Source: Bacillales bacterium UBA5632
Lineage (GTDB): Bacteria > Bacillota_I > Bacilli_A > Izemoplasmatales > Hujiaoplasmataceae
NCBI GenBank assembly: GCA_002421405.1
Contig: DIJY01000105.1
Location: 1-33,714 of the forward strand
DNA length: 33,714 nucleotides
Reading direction: 5' to 3'
Shown here piece by piece: positions 26,661 through 33,714 of this stretch. Below the pieces are notes generated by a model, which saw only the letters and a list, made by a program, of their open reading frames with translations, searched no databases and had not been told where the DNA came from. The translations under genes and the position numbers were made by a program. How positions within the stretch are numbered: the stretch's first letter is position 1; every line of letters begins with the position of its first letter.

Positions 26661-27956
26661 ATGATAATTGACAAACTTAGCGGGTCAAAGGTACGCTTTG
26701 AAGTGACCGTGACCAAAGAGCTTTTTGAACATGCACTCGATCACGCTTTCGAGGAAGTCAATCAAAAAGTAGAAATCAAAGGCTTTCGTAAAGGCCATGC
26801 ACCCAGAAGTGTATATGAAGCTAAATACGGTGTAGAATCTTTATTTGAAGAAGCAATCAACCACGCAATGCAAGATACTTATTACGATGCAGTAGTTGAA
26901 AACAATCTTTCTGTTGTAGCACAACCAAAAATCAACTTAGATTTTAACAAAGTAAAACGCGGAGAAGACTTTACTTATGAAGTCGTTGTTGCTGTTAAGC
27001 CTGAGATTCAACTTGGAGAATATTTAGGGCTTGAAGTTAAAAAATCTCATGATGTTGCAACTGATGAAGAAATCGAAGCAGCAATGAGCAAAGAATTAGA
27101 AAAAAATGCTGAGATGGTTTTAAAAGAAACAGGCGCACTCGAAGTTACCGATACAGCCGTTTTTGATTTTTCTGGTTCTGTTGATGGTGTCAAATTTGAG
27201 GGTGGAACCTCTGAAAATTATGAACTCGTTATCGGCTCTGGTCAATTTATTCCGGGATTTGAAGAACAAATGATTGGAATGACTCCAGAATCGGAGAAAA
27301 ATGTTGTTGTGACATTCCCTAAGGATTATCATGAGGCTTCACTTGCCGGCAAAGAAGCAATTTTCGCTGTAAAATTACACGAAATCAAACAACGTGTTGT
27401 TCCAACAATCTCAAATGATTTTGTGATGGGACTTGATTTAGAAAACGTCACCACCGTTGATGAATATAAAGCTCACATCAAAGCAGACCTCGAGAAAGGC
27501 AAAGCAGAACGAAACGTTAGTGAAGCGACGAATAAAGTTGTTGAATTAGCAACGGCGAATGCCACTTTTGAAGTTCCTGAAGAAATGATTAAAGAAGAAT
27601 CAGCAAGAATTCATGAAACGACTGAAAAACAAATTAAACAATATGGCTTAGATTTTGACATGTATTTGCAATATATGGGAAAAACAAAAGAAGTTTACGA
27701 TGCTGACCTTTTAGCACAAGCGACGAGAACGATTCGTTCTCAACTCGTTGTCGAAGCCATCGGAAAAAAAGAAAACTTAACGGCTACCAAAGAAGAGATT
27801 CAAGAAAAATATCTTGAAATCGTTGAACAATATAAGAGCCAAAACGTTACATTAGAACAAGCTCAAGCTGCCATCCCTGAAACTGCAGTTATTGATGAAA
27901 TCGTCTTCAAAAAAGCGATTGATTTATTGGTTCAAAATATTAAATTTGTCAAGTAA
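26661..27956 (+). CDS. tig: Trigger factor
   Basis: An N-terminal ribosome-binding region with GFRKGHAPRSV, a central FKBP-type PPIase region (FDFSGSVDGVKFEGG, FIPGFEEQMIGM) and an acidic C-terminal arm. 431 aa. Confidence 0.93.
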   Translation: MIIDKLSGSKVRFEVTVTKELFEHALDHAFEEVNQKVEIKGFRKGHAPRSVYEAKYGVESLFEEAINHAMQDTYYDAVVENNLSVVAQPKINLDFNKVKRGEDFTYEVVVAVKPEIQLGEYLGLEVKKSHDVATDEEIEAAMSKELEKNAEMVLKETGALEVTDTAVFDFSGSVDGVKFEGGTSENYELVIGSGQFIPGFEEQMIGMTPESEKNVVVTFPKDYHEASLAGKEAIFAVKLHEIKQRVVPTISNDFVMGLDLENVTTVDEYKAHIKADLEKGKAERNVSEATNKVVELATANATFEVPEEMIKEESARIHETTEKQIKQYGLDFDMYLQYMGKTKEVYDADLLAQATRTIRSQLVVEAIGKKENLTATKEEIQEKYLEIVEQYKSQNVTLEQAQAAIPETAVIDEIVFKKAIDLLVQNIKFVK

Positions 27957-27970
27957 TAACACAAACAAAT

Positions 27971-28008
27971 GAATTCTTGGGTCATTCACCTAGGAATTCT
28001 TTTCTTTA
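27971..28008 (+). terminator. Rho-independent terminator after tig
   Basis: GAATTCTTGGG (27971-27981) / CCTAGGAATTC (27989-27999), followed by TTTTCTTT. Confidence 0.8.
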
Positions 28009-28135
28009 CTGATTGCATTTGTTTTGTTTGTTCATTGATTTATGATAAAATATTTACAAGAGACTTAACATAAAACCTTCACACGTTTTTGTTATTATCT
28101 TTATAGACTTATTGATGATACAAGAGGTGATATCA

Positions 28136-30457
28136 ATGTATGATCCAACAAAGATTTTTAATGATCGCCTACCCGCCGTTCCGGTAAGAGGCGTTATTTT
28201 TCTTCCCAATTCTGATGTTCGGGTTGAAGTCGGACGTGATTTCTCAAAAAATGCTGTCTTTGAATCTGAATCGAATCGCGATGGATATGTCGTATTATTG
28301 TTTCAACAAAATCCTGAAATTATCGAACCTGAATTCGCTGATATTATTGAAGTCGGATTACTCGCTAGAATAAGTGTCAAAATCAAATTGCCGAATGGAA
28401 ACTTTAAAATCAAATTTGAACCAATTTCACGGGTTCAAATCAATGATTTAATTACAAAAGATCCTTTCTATCTTGTCGATTTTACATCGATTGTTTTACG
28501 TCCGGAAAATTTGGATGAAGAACAAGTACTACTCAAGATGGTCACAAAAGAAATCGTTGAAAATGCAGCGTATCTTTTCCGCGATTCAAAAAAAGTCCTT
28601 GATTCAATGCAAGGCGGTATTACTAGTGATAAATTATGCGATATGATTGCTTCTGAACTTCGTATCTCAGAAAATGAACGGACGAAGTATTTAGTGACGA
28701 TCTCTATCAATACGCGGCTACAATATTTACTAGAAGATATCGAAAAGGAAAAACAACTTCAATCAATCGAATCGAAAATTAATGAGTCGGTGCGAAAGTC
28801 AGCCGATCAAAACCAAAAAGAATATTATTTGCGTGAAAAAATGCGTGCCATCCAAGAAGAATTAGGTGACTCTAAACAAGATGATGTTACCAAACTCATG
28901 GAAGGTATTGAAAATTCTGATATGCCAAAAGAAGTTAAAGAAAAGGCATTGAAAGAATTAAAAAGATATGAATATCTCTCTGCAAATTCCAGTGAAAGTA
29001 ATGTAGTAAGAACTTATCTCGAAACATTGATTAGCATTCCTTGGCAAAAAACAACCACAGATGAAAAAGATATCAATGTCGCAATTGATAAGTTAGAGCA
29101 AGCGCATTATGGCTTAGAAAAAGTAAAAGAACGTATTATTGAATACTTGTCAGTCAAAATGCTCACTGGAAAAAATCCACAAACAATTCTTTGTTTATAT
29201 GGCCCTCCTGGTGTTGGTAAAACATCATTAGCGAAGTCAATCGCGAATGCATTAAACCGCAAATTTGTGAAAACATCTTTAGGGGGTGTCCGCGATGAAG
29301 CCGAAATAAGAGGACACCGAAGAACCTATGTCGGGGCCTTACCGGGTAGAATTATCAACGGAATGATTAAAGCTGAAGTATCGAACCCCGTTTTCTTAAT
29401 CGATGAAATTGATAAATTGACTTATGATGATCGAAACGATCCGTCATCTGCACTTTTAGAAGTCCTTGACCCAGAACAAAATCAATTCTTCAGTGATCAT
29501 TATGTTGAAGAAAACTACGACTTATCGAAAGTCATTTTCATTGCGACTGCGAACTACTTAGAAAATGTTCCGGCACCGCTTCGTGACCGCATGGAGATTA
29601 TTGAATTGTCTTCTTATACTGAAATTGAAAAATTCCATATCTCGAAGCGATTCCTAATTAACAAACAAATCGACTCTCACGGACTTGATCGCGATAAAGT
29701 CATCTTTTCTGATGATGCAATCCGCGCGATAATCAAAGACTATACCCGTGAAGCTGGCGTTAGACAACTTGAGCGGTTATTTGGTTCTATCGTCCGAAAA
29801 GTGATTAAAGATATTTTAGTGAATAAACTTGATAAAGTTCATATTGAAGCAAAAGATCTAGTCAATTATCTCGGAAAACCAATCTTCCATAATAATCAAG
29901 TTCAAAAAGAAGACATGGTTGGTGTGGTCACAGGTTTAGCTTATACCATTGCCGGTGGAGATACTTTAGACGTTGAAGCGACCTATTATGAAGGTAAGAC
30001 AAGCATGATTTCGACCGGTAATCTTGGCAATGTCATGAAAGAATCAGCGATGGCGGCACTCAGTTTCGTTAGAACGAATGCTACACAATTAGGAATTGAT
30101 CCTAAAATTTTCGATAAATCAGATATTCATATCCATGTTCCTGAAGGTGCGATTCCCAAAGATGGACCGTCTGCAGGAGTGACGATTGCGACAGCACTTG
30201 TCTCGGTTTTATCGAATCGAAAAGTCGACCGTTTTACTGGCATGACGGGTGAAATCACCTTAAAAGGTCGGGTATTACCCATCGGTGGTTTAAAAGAAAA
30301 GGCGATTGCGGCTGCTCGCAGCGGATTAAAACAAATCATTATCCCCCGTGGAAACGAAAAAGATGTCGATGACATTCCAAAAGAAGTTAGGGATGTATTG
30401 AAAATTGATTTCGCTGAAACCATTGATGATGTATTGAAATATGCGCTAAAATCATAA
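28136..30457 (+). CDS. lon: ATP-dependent Lon protease (LonA)
   Basis: Lon N-terminal domain; AAA+ module with Walker A GPPGVGKTS and Walker B FLIDEIDK; protease domain with KDGPSAG (Ser) and GGLKEK (Lys). AGAGGTGA Shine-Dalgarno before ATG 28136. Confidence 0.93.
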   Translation: MYDPTKIFNDRLPAVPVRGVIFLPNSDVRVEVGRDFSKNAVFESESNRDGYVVLLFQQNPEIIEPEFADIIEVGLLARISVKIKLPNGNFKIKFEPISRVQINDLITKDPFYLVDFTSIVLRPENLDEEQVLLKMVTKEIVENAAYLFRDSKKVLDSMQGGITSDKLCDMIASELRISENERTKYLVTISINTRLQYLLEDIEKEKQLQSIESKINESVRKSADQNQKEYYLREKMRAIQEELGDSKQDDVTKLMEGIENSDMPKEVKEKALKELKRYEYLSANSSESNVVRTYLETLISIPWQKTTTDEKDINVAIDKLEQAHYGLEKVKERIIEYLSVKMLTGKNPQTILCLYGPPGVGKTSLAKSIANALNRKFVKTSLGGVRDEAEIRGHRRTYVGALPGRIINGMIKAEVSNPVFLIDEIDKLTYDDRNDPSSALLEVLDPEQNQFFSDHYVEENYDLSKVIFIATANYLENVPAPLRDRMEIIELSSYTEIEKFHISKRFLINKQIDSHGLDRDKVIFSDDAIRAIIKDYTREAGVRQLERLFGSIVRKVIKDILVNKLDKVHIEAKDLVNYLGKPIFHNNQVQKEDMVGVVTGLAYTIAGGDTLDVEATYYEGKTSMISTGNLGNVMKESAMAALSFVRTNATQLGIDPKIFDKSDIHIHVPEGAIPKDGPSAGVTIATALVSVLSNRKVDRFTGMTGEITLKGRVLPIGGLKEKAIAAARSGLKQIIIPRGNEKDVDDIPKEVRDVLKIDFAETIDDVLKYALKS

Positions 30458-30461
30458 TCTT

Positions 30462-30488
30462 TGCCATCCTTTGGATGGCATTTTTTCT
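30462..30488 (+). terminator. Rho-independent terminator after lon
   Basis: TGCCATCC (30462-30469) / GGATGGCA (30473-30480) with a 3-nt loop, then T6. Confidence 0.85.
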
Positions 30489-30516
30489 TGTTTTAATGAG
30501 GGTTGCCATATATAAT
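30488..30516 (+). promoter_or_regulatory. Putative promoter for the hydrolase/GltD-like/YczE/NUDIX cluster
   Basis: TTGTTT (30488-30493), a 17-nt spacer, then TATAAT (30511-30516). Confidence 0.5.
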
Positions 30517-30570
30517 AGAGAAGAAAGCTTTTTATTTTGAAATCAAAATTGTGAATGGTGGGGTCTCTAA

Positions 30571-31305
30571 ATGAATCAAACAAAAAAGATATTGAATCAT
30601 ATTCCTCTCATTGAGTATGCATCAGAAACAATAACCCCTATCGGTGTATTCTTTTTGATTCATGGACATACCTGTTCTAAAGATCCGATGTTCTTCGGTT
30701 CGTTTCCTCAAAAGCTGACAGAAATGGGTTATGTCGTCGTTGCCATCGATGCTTATAAACACGGAGAAAGAATCGAAGAGCCGTATCTCAGTGGCTTTGA
30801 TTATGAAAAAACAATGGCGATGCTTGATGTGATTCAAAGGACATGTATCGATTTGAAAAATCTATATATTAATCATTATCAACATATTGGTGGGAAACTT
30901 GGATTTTTAGGGATATCGATGGGCGGACATATTGTCTTTCAAATGCCGAAATACATTCAAAAAATCGACTTTTTAATACCGATTATCGGTGCTCCTGATT
31001 TAAAAAGACACTATGTTGAGATGAAGTCTAACTTGTTAGGTGAAGAAAAAATGAATCAACTATCGACATTGCTAACTCTGTTATCGACGGATGATTCCCT
31101 CTATGATAAAGAAACGCTGATGCTTATTTTAGAAGGTAAAAACGATACAATTGTTTCATACAAAAACGCTGATGATTTTTATCAAAGAATGAAAAGTAAA
31201 AACTATCCAAATATTGAATATATAGATTTTCCGGTTGGCCATGAAGTAACCGCTGAGATGGAAAATTTCGTGTTCAATTTTATATTGAAACACTCTATGA
31301 TATAA
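30571..31305 (+). CDS. Alpha/beta-fold hydrolase (esterase/peptidase S9-like)
   Basis: Nucleophile elbow GISMGGH, candidate acid in GKNDTIV and His in PVGHEV. 244 aa. The order Ser-Asp-His is typical of the fold. Confidence 0.7.
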   Translation: MNQTKKILNHIPLIEYASETITPIGVFFLIHGHTCSKDPMFFGSFPQKLTEMGYVVVAIDAYKHGERIEEPYLSGFDYEKTMAMLDVIQRTCIDLKNLYINHYQHIGGKLGFLGISMGGHIVFQMPKYIQKIDFLIPIIGAPDLKRHYVEMKSNLLGEEKMNQLSTLLTLLSTDDSLYDKETLMLILEGKNDTIVSYKNADDFYQRMKSKNYPNIEYIDFPVGHEVTAEMENFVFNFILKHSMI

Positions 31306-31327
31306 TTTTTACTGGGAGGGATATCTT

Positions 31328-32575
31328 GTGGATAAATACGTAATTCAAACTGAAGCGAAACGTTGTCTTGAATGTAAAACAAAACCTTGCGTTTTTGCTT
31401 GCCCTGCCCATAATAACATTCCTGAATTTATGAAAAAAATCAAGAATGGTTTATGGGATGAAGCAAGAGCAATTTGGCATGTTACTTCAAACCTTCCTGA
31501 ACTATGCGGGGCTCTCTGTCAAAACGAAAACCTGTGCGAAGGTGCCTGTACTTTAAATAAAATTCATAAACCAGTTAAAATTGGCATGATTGAAAAGGGT
31601 GTCTCTGAACTTTTTAAAGATGTCATTGATTATCCTATCACTAAAAATAACAAGCGTCACCTTGTCATTGGACTTGGACCAGCTGGCATTTCTAACGCAC
31701 TCAAAATGGCTGAACTTGGGTTTGATGTTGAAGCCATTGATTCTAATCCTAAATTAGGAGGGACGGTTTATAACTTAGTTCCAGATTTCAGATTTGACAA
31801 AATAATTTTAAACGATATTCAATCTAAATTTGATCTACTCAATATTAAAGTCAAGTATGATACCTATGTCGGTAAAGATATTTTCTTAAAAGATTTAATT
31901 GATCAGTATGATTCAATTTTTATCGCTGATGGTTTAGGTTTACCATCGACGGTTGATATTCACGTTGATCATCTTCATGTTTTTTATGCTCAAGATTTGC
32001 TAAATAAATATTTGTATAGCAAAGATGATCTGATTTCATTGCTCGGAAAAAATGTTTATATCGTGGGTTTGGGGAATGTGGCTATTGATATGGCCAGAAC
32101 ACTTCGAAGGCTGCATAAAACAGTTCATATCATCTACCGAAGAACCATCGATGATGCTCCGGCAGGCAAATCAGAAATTCAAGCTGCAATTGAAGAGGGT
32201 GTCGTTATTCATGAATTATTGGGACCGGTGTCATTCAAATTAAAAGGCAACGATAAAGTTTTGGATTGCGAAGGCACCTGTTTGATTAAATCGCCTACGG
32301 GCGGAAGAGACATCGTTCAGAAAGTTCCAAATAGTGAAACATCTTTCATGATTGATGATTTAATCTTTGCAACCGGTCAAAAAACCAGTGAAGTATTATT
32401 CCATGATAGTGGTGTTGTTCAAACACCAGAAATTTCTCCATTCGCGACAAATTATTCTCACATTTTTGTCGGTGGAGATCGTGTCAACAAAAATAAAAGA
32501 ATCGTCGATGCCATGGTCACTGGAATAACCGTTGCCAAACAAATCGCAGAAGGAATATATGAAACTAACCGTTAA
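31328..32575 (+). CDS. GltD-family NAD(P)H-dependent FAD/Fe-S oxidoreductase (glutamate synthase small-subunit-like), stand-alone
   Basis: An N-terminal Cys-rich Fe-S region (CLECKTKPCVFACP ... LCGALCQNENLCEGAC) is followed by dinucleotide-binding motifs VIGLGPAGIS and YIVGLGNVAIDMAR. GTG start at 31328 with GGGAGGGA upstream. Confidence 0.8.
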   Translation: MDKYVIQTEAKRCLECKTKPCVFACPAHNNIPEFMKKIKNGLWDEARAIWHVTSNLPELCGALCQNENLCEGACTLNKIHKPVKIGMIEKGVSELFKDVIDYPITKNNKRHLVIGLGPAGISNALKMAELGFDVEAIDSNPKLGGTVYNLVPDFRFDKIILNDIQSKFDLLNIKVKYDTYVGKDIFLKDLIDQYDSIFIADGLGLPSTVDIHVDHLHVFYAQDLLNKYLYSKDDLISLLGKNVYIVGLGNVAIDMARTLRRLHKTVHIIYRRTIDDAPAGKSEIQAAIEEGVVIHELLGPVSFKLKGNDKVLDCEGTCLIKSPTGGRDIVQKVPNSETSFMIDDLIFATGQKTSEVLFHDSGVVQTPEISPFATNYSHIFVGGDRVNKNKRIVDAMVTGITVAKQIAEGIYETNR

Positions 32576-33206
32576 AAAATCATTAATTTATTTACTCGGA
32601 CTCGCATTATTAGGAATTTGTGTGACTTTAATTCAAAAAACAAATTTAGGAATGAGTAGTTGGGATGCTTTTTACCGAAATCTTTACGAAGGAATCCCTT
32701 TAGAGTATAAATATCTAAATCCAATTATTGCTTTAATTTTGATTCCGATTGCTTATTTGATTCAAAAAAAGCCGTGGAGTTTATGGATGTTATTTCCGCT
32801 TGTAATCAGTTTTTATATTGGTGTCATAATTGATTTATTGCTATTGGTCATTCCAAGTGTTGTTGGCTTAGGACTGTTATGGAATTTAGGCTACCTTGCC
32901 TTATCGATGATTGTTTGTGCCATTGGGTTGAATTTTGTCGTTTATTGTAAATATCCTTTGCCGGCCCTCGATGAACTTTGTTATGGTATTGGCGTTGCGA
33001 TGAAATCTACTTATGGAAAAGGAAAATTAGTCGGAGAGATACTAGCATTAATTTTAGCGATTATTGCCGGTTTGATTTTTCGCCATTATGAACAGTACTT
33101 TTTCATTGGCCCCACGACGATTATTTTTGCATTAGGAATTGGAAAAATGATTGATTTATTTAGAAAACCAGTCTTTAAATTGTTGGAGGCATTTGATGCG
33201 AATTGA
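32559..33206 (+). CDS. YczE/YitT-like polytopic membrane protein
   Basis: About 215 aa with five or six TM segments and an N-terminal GMSSWDAFY motif typical of the YczE-like family. GAAGGAA Shine-Dalgarno. It overlaps the upstream gene by 17 nt. Confidence 0.6.
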   Translation: MKLTVKKSLIYLLGLALLGICVTLIQKTNLGMSSWDAFYRNLYEGIPLEYKYLNPIIALILIPIAYLIQKKPWSLWMLFPLVISFYIGVIIDLLLLVIPSVVGLGLLWNLGYLALSMIVCAIGLNFVVYCKYPLPALDELCYGIGVAMKSTYGKGKLVGEILALILAIIAGLIFRHYEQYFFIGPTTIIFALGIGKMIDLFRKPVFKLLEAFDAN

Positions 33207-33675
33207 AATCTTTGGGGACGGAATTGACCGTTCATCGATTAATCTAGAAAACTTTAAAATTTCATGTCGAAGCGTGGTTGAAAAAGAGGGTAAAATATTA
33301 ACGGTTTATTTTAATAAGACAGACCATTACAATCTACCAGGTGGTGGCCGTGAATTAGACGAATCGTTAGAATCTTGTTGCATTCGTGAAACGAAAGAAG
33401 AAACTGGTTATGATGTAACAATCCAAGCAGAAACGATAACTGTTATTGAATATTATCCTGATTCAACATGGGAAACACACTATTTTCGATGTCATTTAGT
33501 CACAGATAAAATGAGTGTCACATTTCCAACCGAAGAAGAACAATTTTCCAGGATGGAAACACGATGGGTCGAATTATATCAACTCCTTGAAATCTTTGAA
33601 TCTTCGCCAACAAAACATCAAAATGGTCAAAATATCCATGAGCGTGAACTCATCGGTTTACTCAATAGTTTATAA
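33196..33675 (+). CDS. NUDIX hydrolase
   Basis: Nudix box GGGRELDESLESCCIRETKEETGY (Gx5Ex7REUxEExGU). TGGAGG Shine-Dalgarno before ATG 33196. It overlaps the upstream gene by 11 nt. Confidence 0.8.
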   Translation: MRIEIFGDGIDRSSINLENFKISCRSVVEKEGKILTVYFNKTDHYNLPGGGRELDESLESCCIRETKEETGYDVTIQAETITVIEYYPDSTWETHYFRCHLVTDKMSVTFPTEEEQFSRMETRWVELYQLLEIFESSPTKHQNGQNIHERELIGLLNSL

Positions 33676-33714
33676 ACTCCTTATTAGGAGTTCAGACTGT
33701 TGAAAAAGTATTTC

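Noticed and set aside
26703-26715. GTGACCGTGACCA inside tig, considered as a second TetR operator because it repeats the operator half-site.
   Set aside because: It is a direct repeat, not a dyad, and it lies within conserved coding sequence (EVTVTK).
27957-28135. CIRCE (HrcA) or CtsR operator upstream of lon.
   Set aside because: No TTAGCACTC-N9-GAGTGCTAA element and no tandem GGTCAAA heptads in the spacer. Single GGTCAAA occurrences elsewhere are inside coding regions.
1451-33195. The N-terminal extensions implied by the ORF track for recJ (1451), apt (3498), rel (4079), msrA (10838), lspA (14142), the membrane protein (13793), TetR (15676), the permeases (17140, 17865), rnhC (21106), trx-like (23471), truB (23882), YcjF-like (25577), lon (28112), YczE-like (32532) and NUDIX (33151).
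   Set aside because: In each case an internal ATG is preceded by a well-spaced Shine-Dalgarno and yields the conserved family N-terminus. The longer versions overlap the upstream gene or lack an RBS.
1061-33703. All short ORFs in the track that lie antisense to, or in alternative frames of, the large conserved genes: 1061-1243, 2212-2460, 3839-4045, 4299-4493, 4901-5146, 4911-5210, 5698-5907, 6333-6536, 7940-8149, 7962-8144, 9445-9636, 9512-9721, 10144-10353, 11085-11333, 11448-11690, 11650-11895, 15639-15827, 18527-18715, 19108-19317, 20550-20825, 21782-22099, 22222-22419, 23673-23873, 25017-25280, 25696-25893, 27120-27332, 28468-28710, 30127-30423, 30622-30837, 32052-32243, 33515-33703.
   Set aside because: Each is fully nested in, or overlaps, a CDS with strong family motifs. 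None has a Shine-Dalgarno, and the translations are low-complexity with no recognisable motifs. These are ordinary shadow ORFs.
33676-33714. The AACTCCT-TATT-AGGAGTT hairpin after the NUDIX gene, and a possible next gene start (AGGAG, 9 nt, then TTG 33700, reading MKKYF).
   Set aside because: The hairpin has no T-tract, so it is not a convincing terminator. Only 15 nt of the putative next CDS lie in the window, too little to support a feature.
1-33714. A scan for CRISPR repeats, tRNA or rRNA genes, riboswitch-length leaders, IS elements or inverted terminal repeats, integrases, prophage or defence-island genes.
   Set aside because: None found. Every intergenic gap is under 180 nt and is accounted for by promoters and terminators, and every large ORF matches a housekeeping or transporter family.

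Overview
This is an AT-rich, densely packed housekeeping region from a low-GC Firmicute-type genome. It uses the standard code: TGA is a stop (for example at the ends of nadC, the AI-2E transporter and the dCMP deaminase), and Trp is TGG. I support 37 CDS, 35 on the + strand and 2 (sodA, rnhC) on the - strand.

Gene order, left to right:
- partial wHTH protein, nadC
- recJ-apt-rel-dtd
- a stand-alone acpP unit
- hisS
- AI-2E transporter and a small membrane protein
- an eight-gene abutting or overlapping run: tcdA-msrA-psuG-dCMP deaminase-SepM/YlbL-like protease-membrane protein-lspA-rluD
- a TetR-regulated ABC exporter (one ATPase, two permeases) followed by a 41-aa TM peptide ORF that is not in the ORF track
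- a lipoprotein
- sodA and rnhC (minus strand)
- mutS2, a thioredoxin-like protein
- truB-ribF-YcjF-like membrane protein
- tig, lon
- a coupled cluster of alpha/beta hydrolase, GltD-like oxidoreductase, YczE-like membrane protein and NUDIX hydrolase

Several sigma-A-type promoters and rho-independent terminators can be read directly from the sequence. I found no tRNA or rRNA genes, CRISPR arrays, transposases, integrases, phage genes, toxin-antitoxin pairs or recognisable defence genes.

I do not see a convincing novel multi-gene system. The window looks like core genome assembled from Bacillus-type synteny blocks in a reduced, Mollicutes/Erysipelotrichia-like lineage (inference). The items most worth a second look, all with modest scores, are:
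- the TetR operator plus ABC exporter plus 41-aa peptide
- the Cys/His-rich C-terminal tail on HisRS
- the orphan YcjF-like protein coupled to truB-ribF
- the terminal hydrolase/GltD-like/YczE/NUDIX cluster
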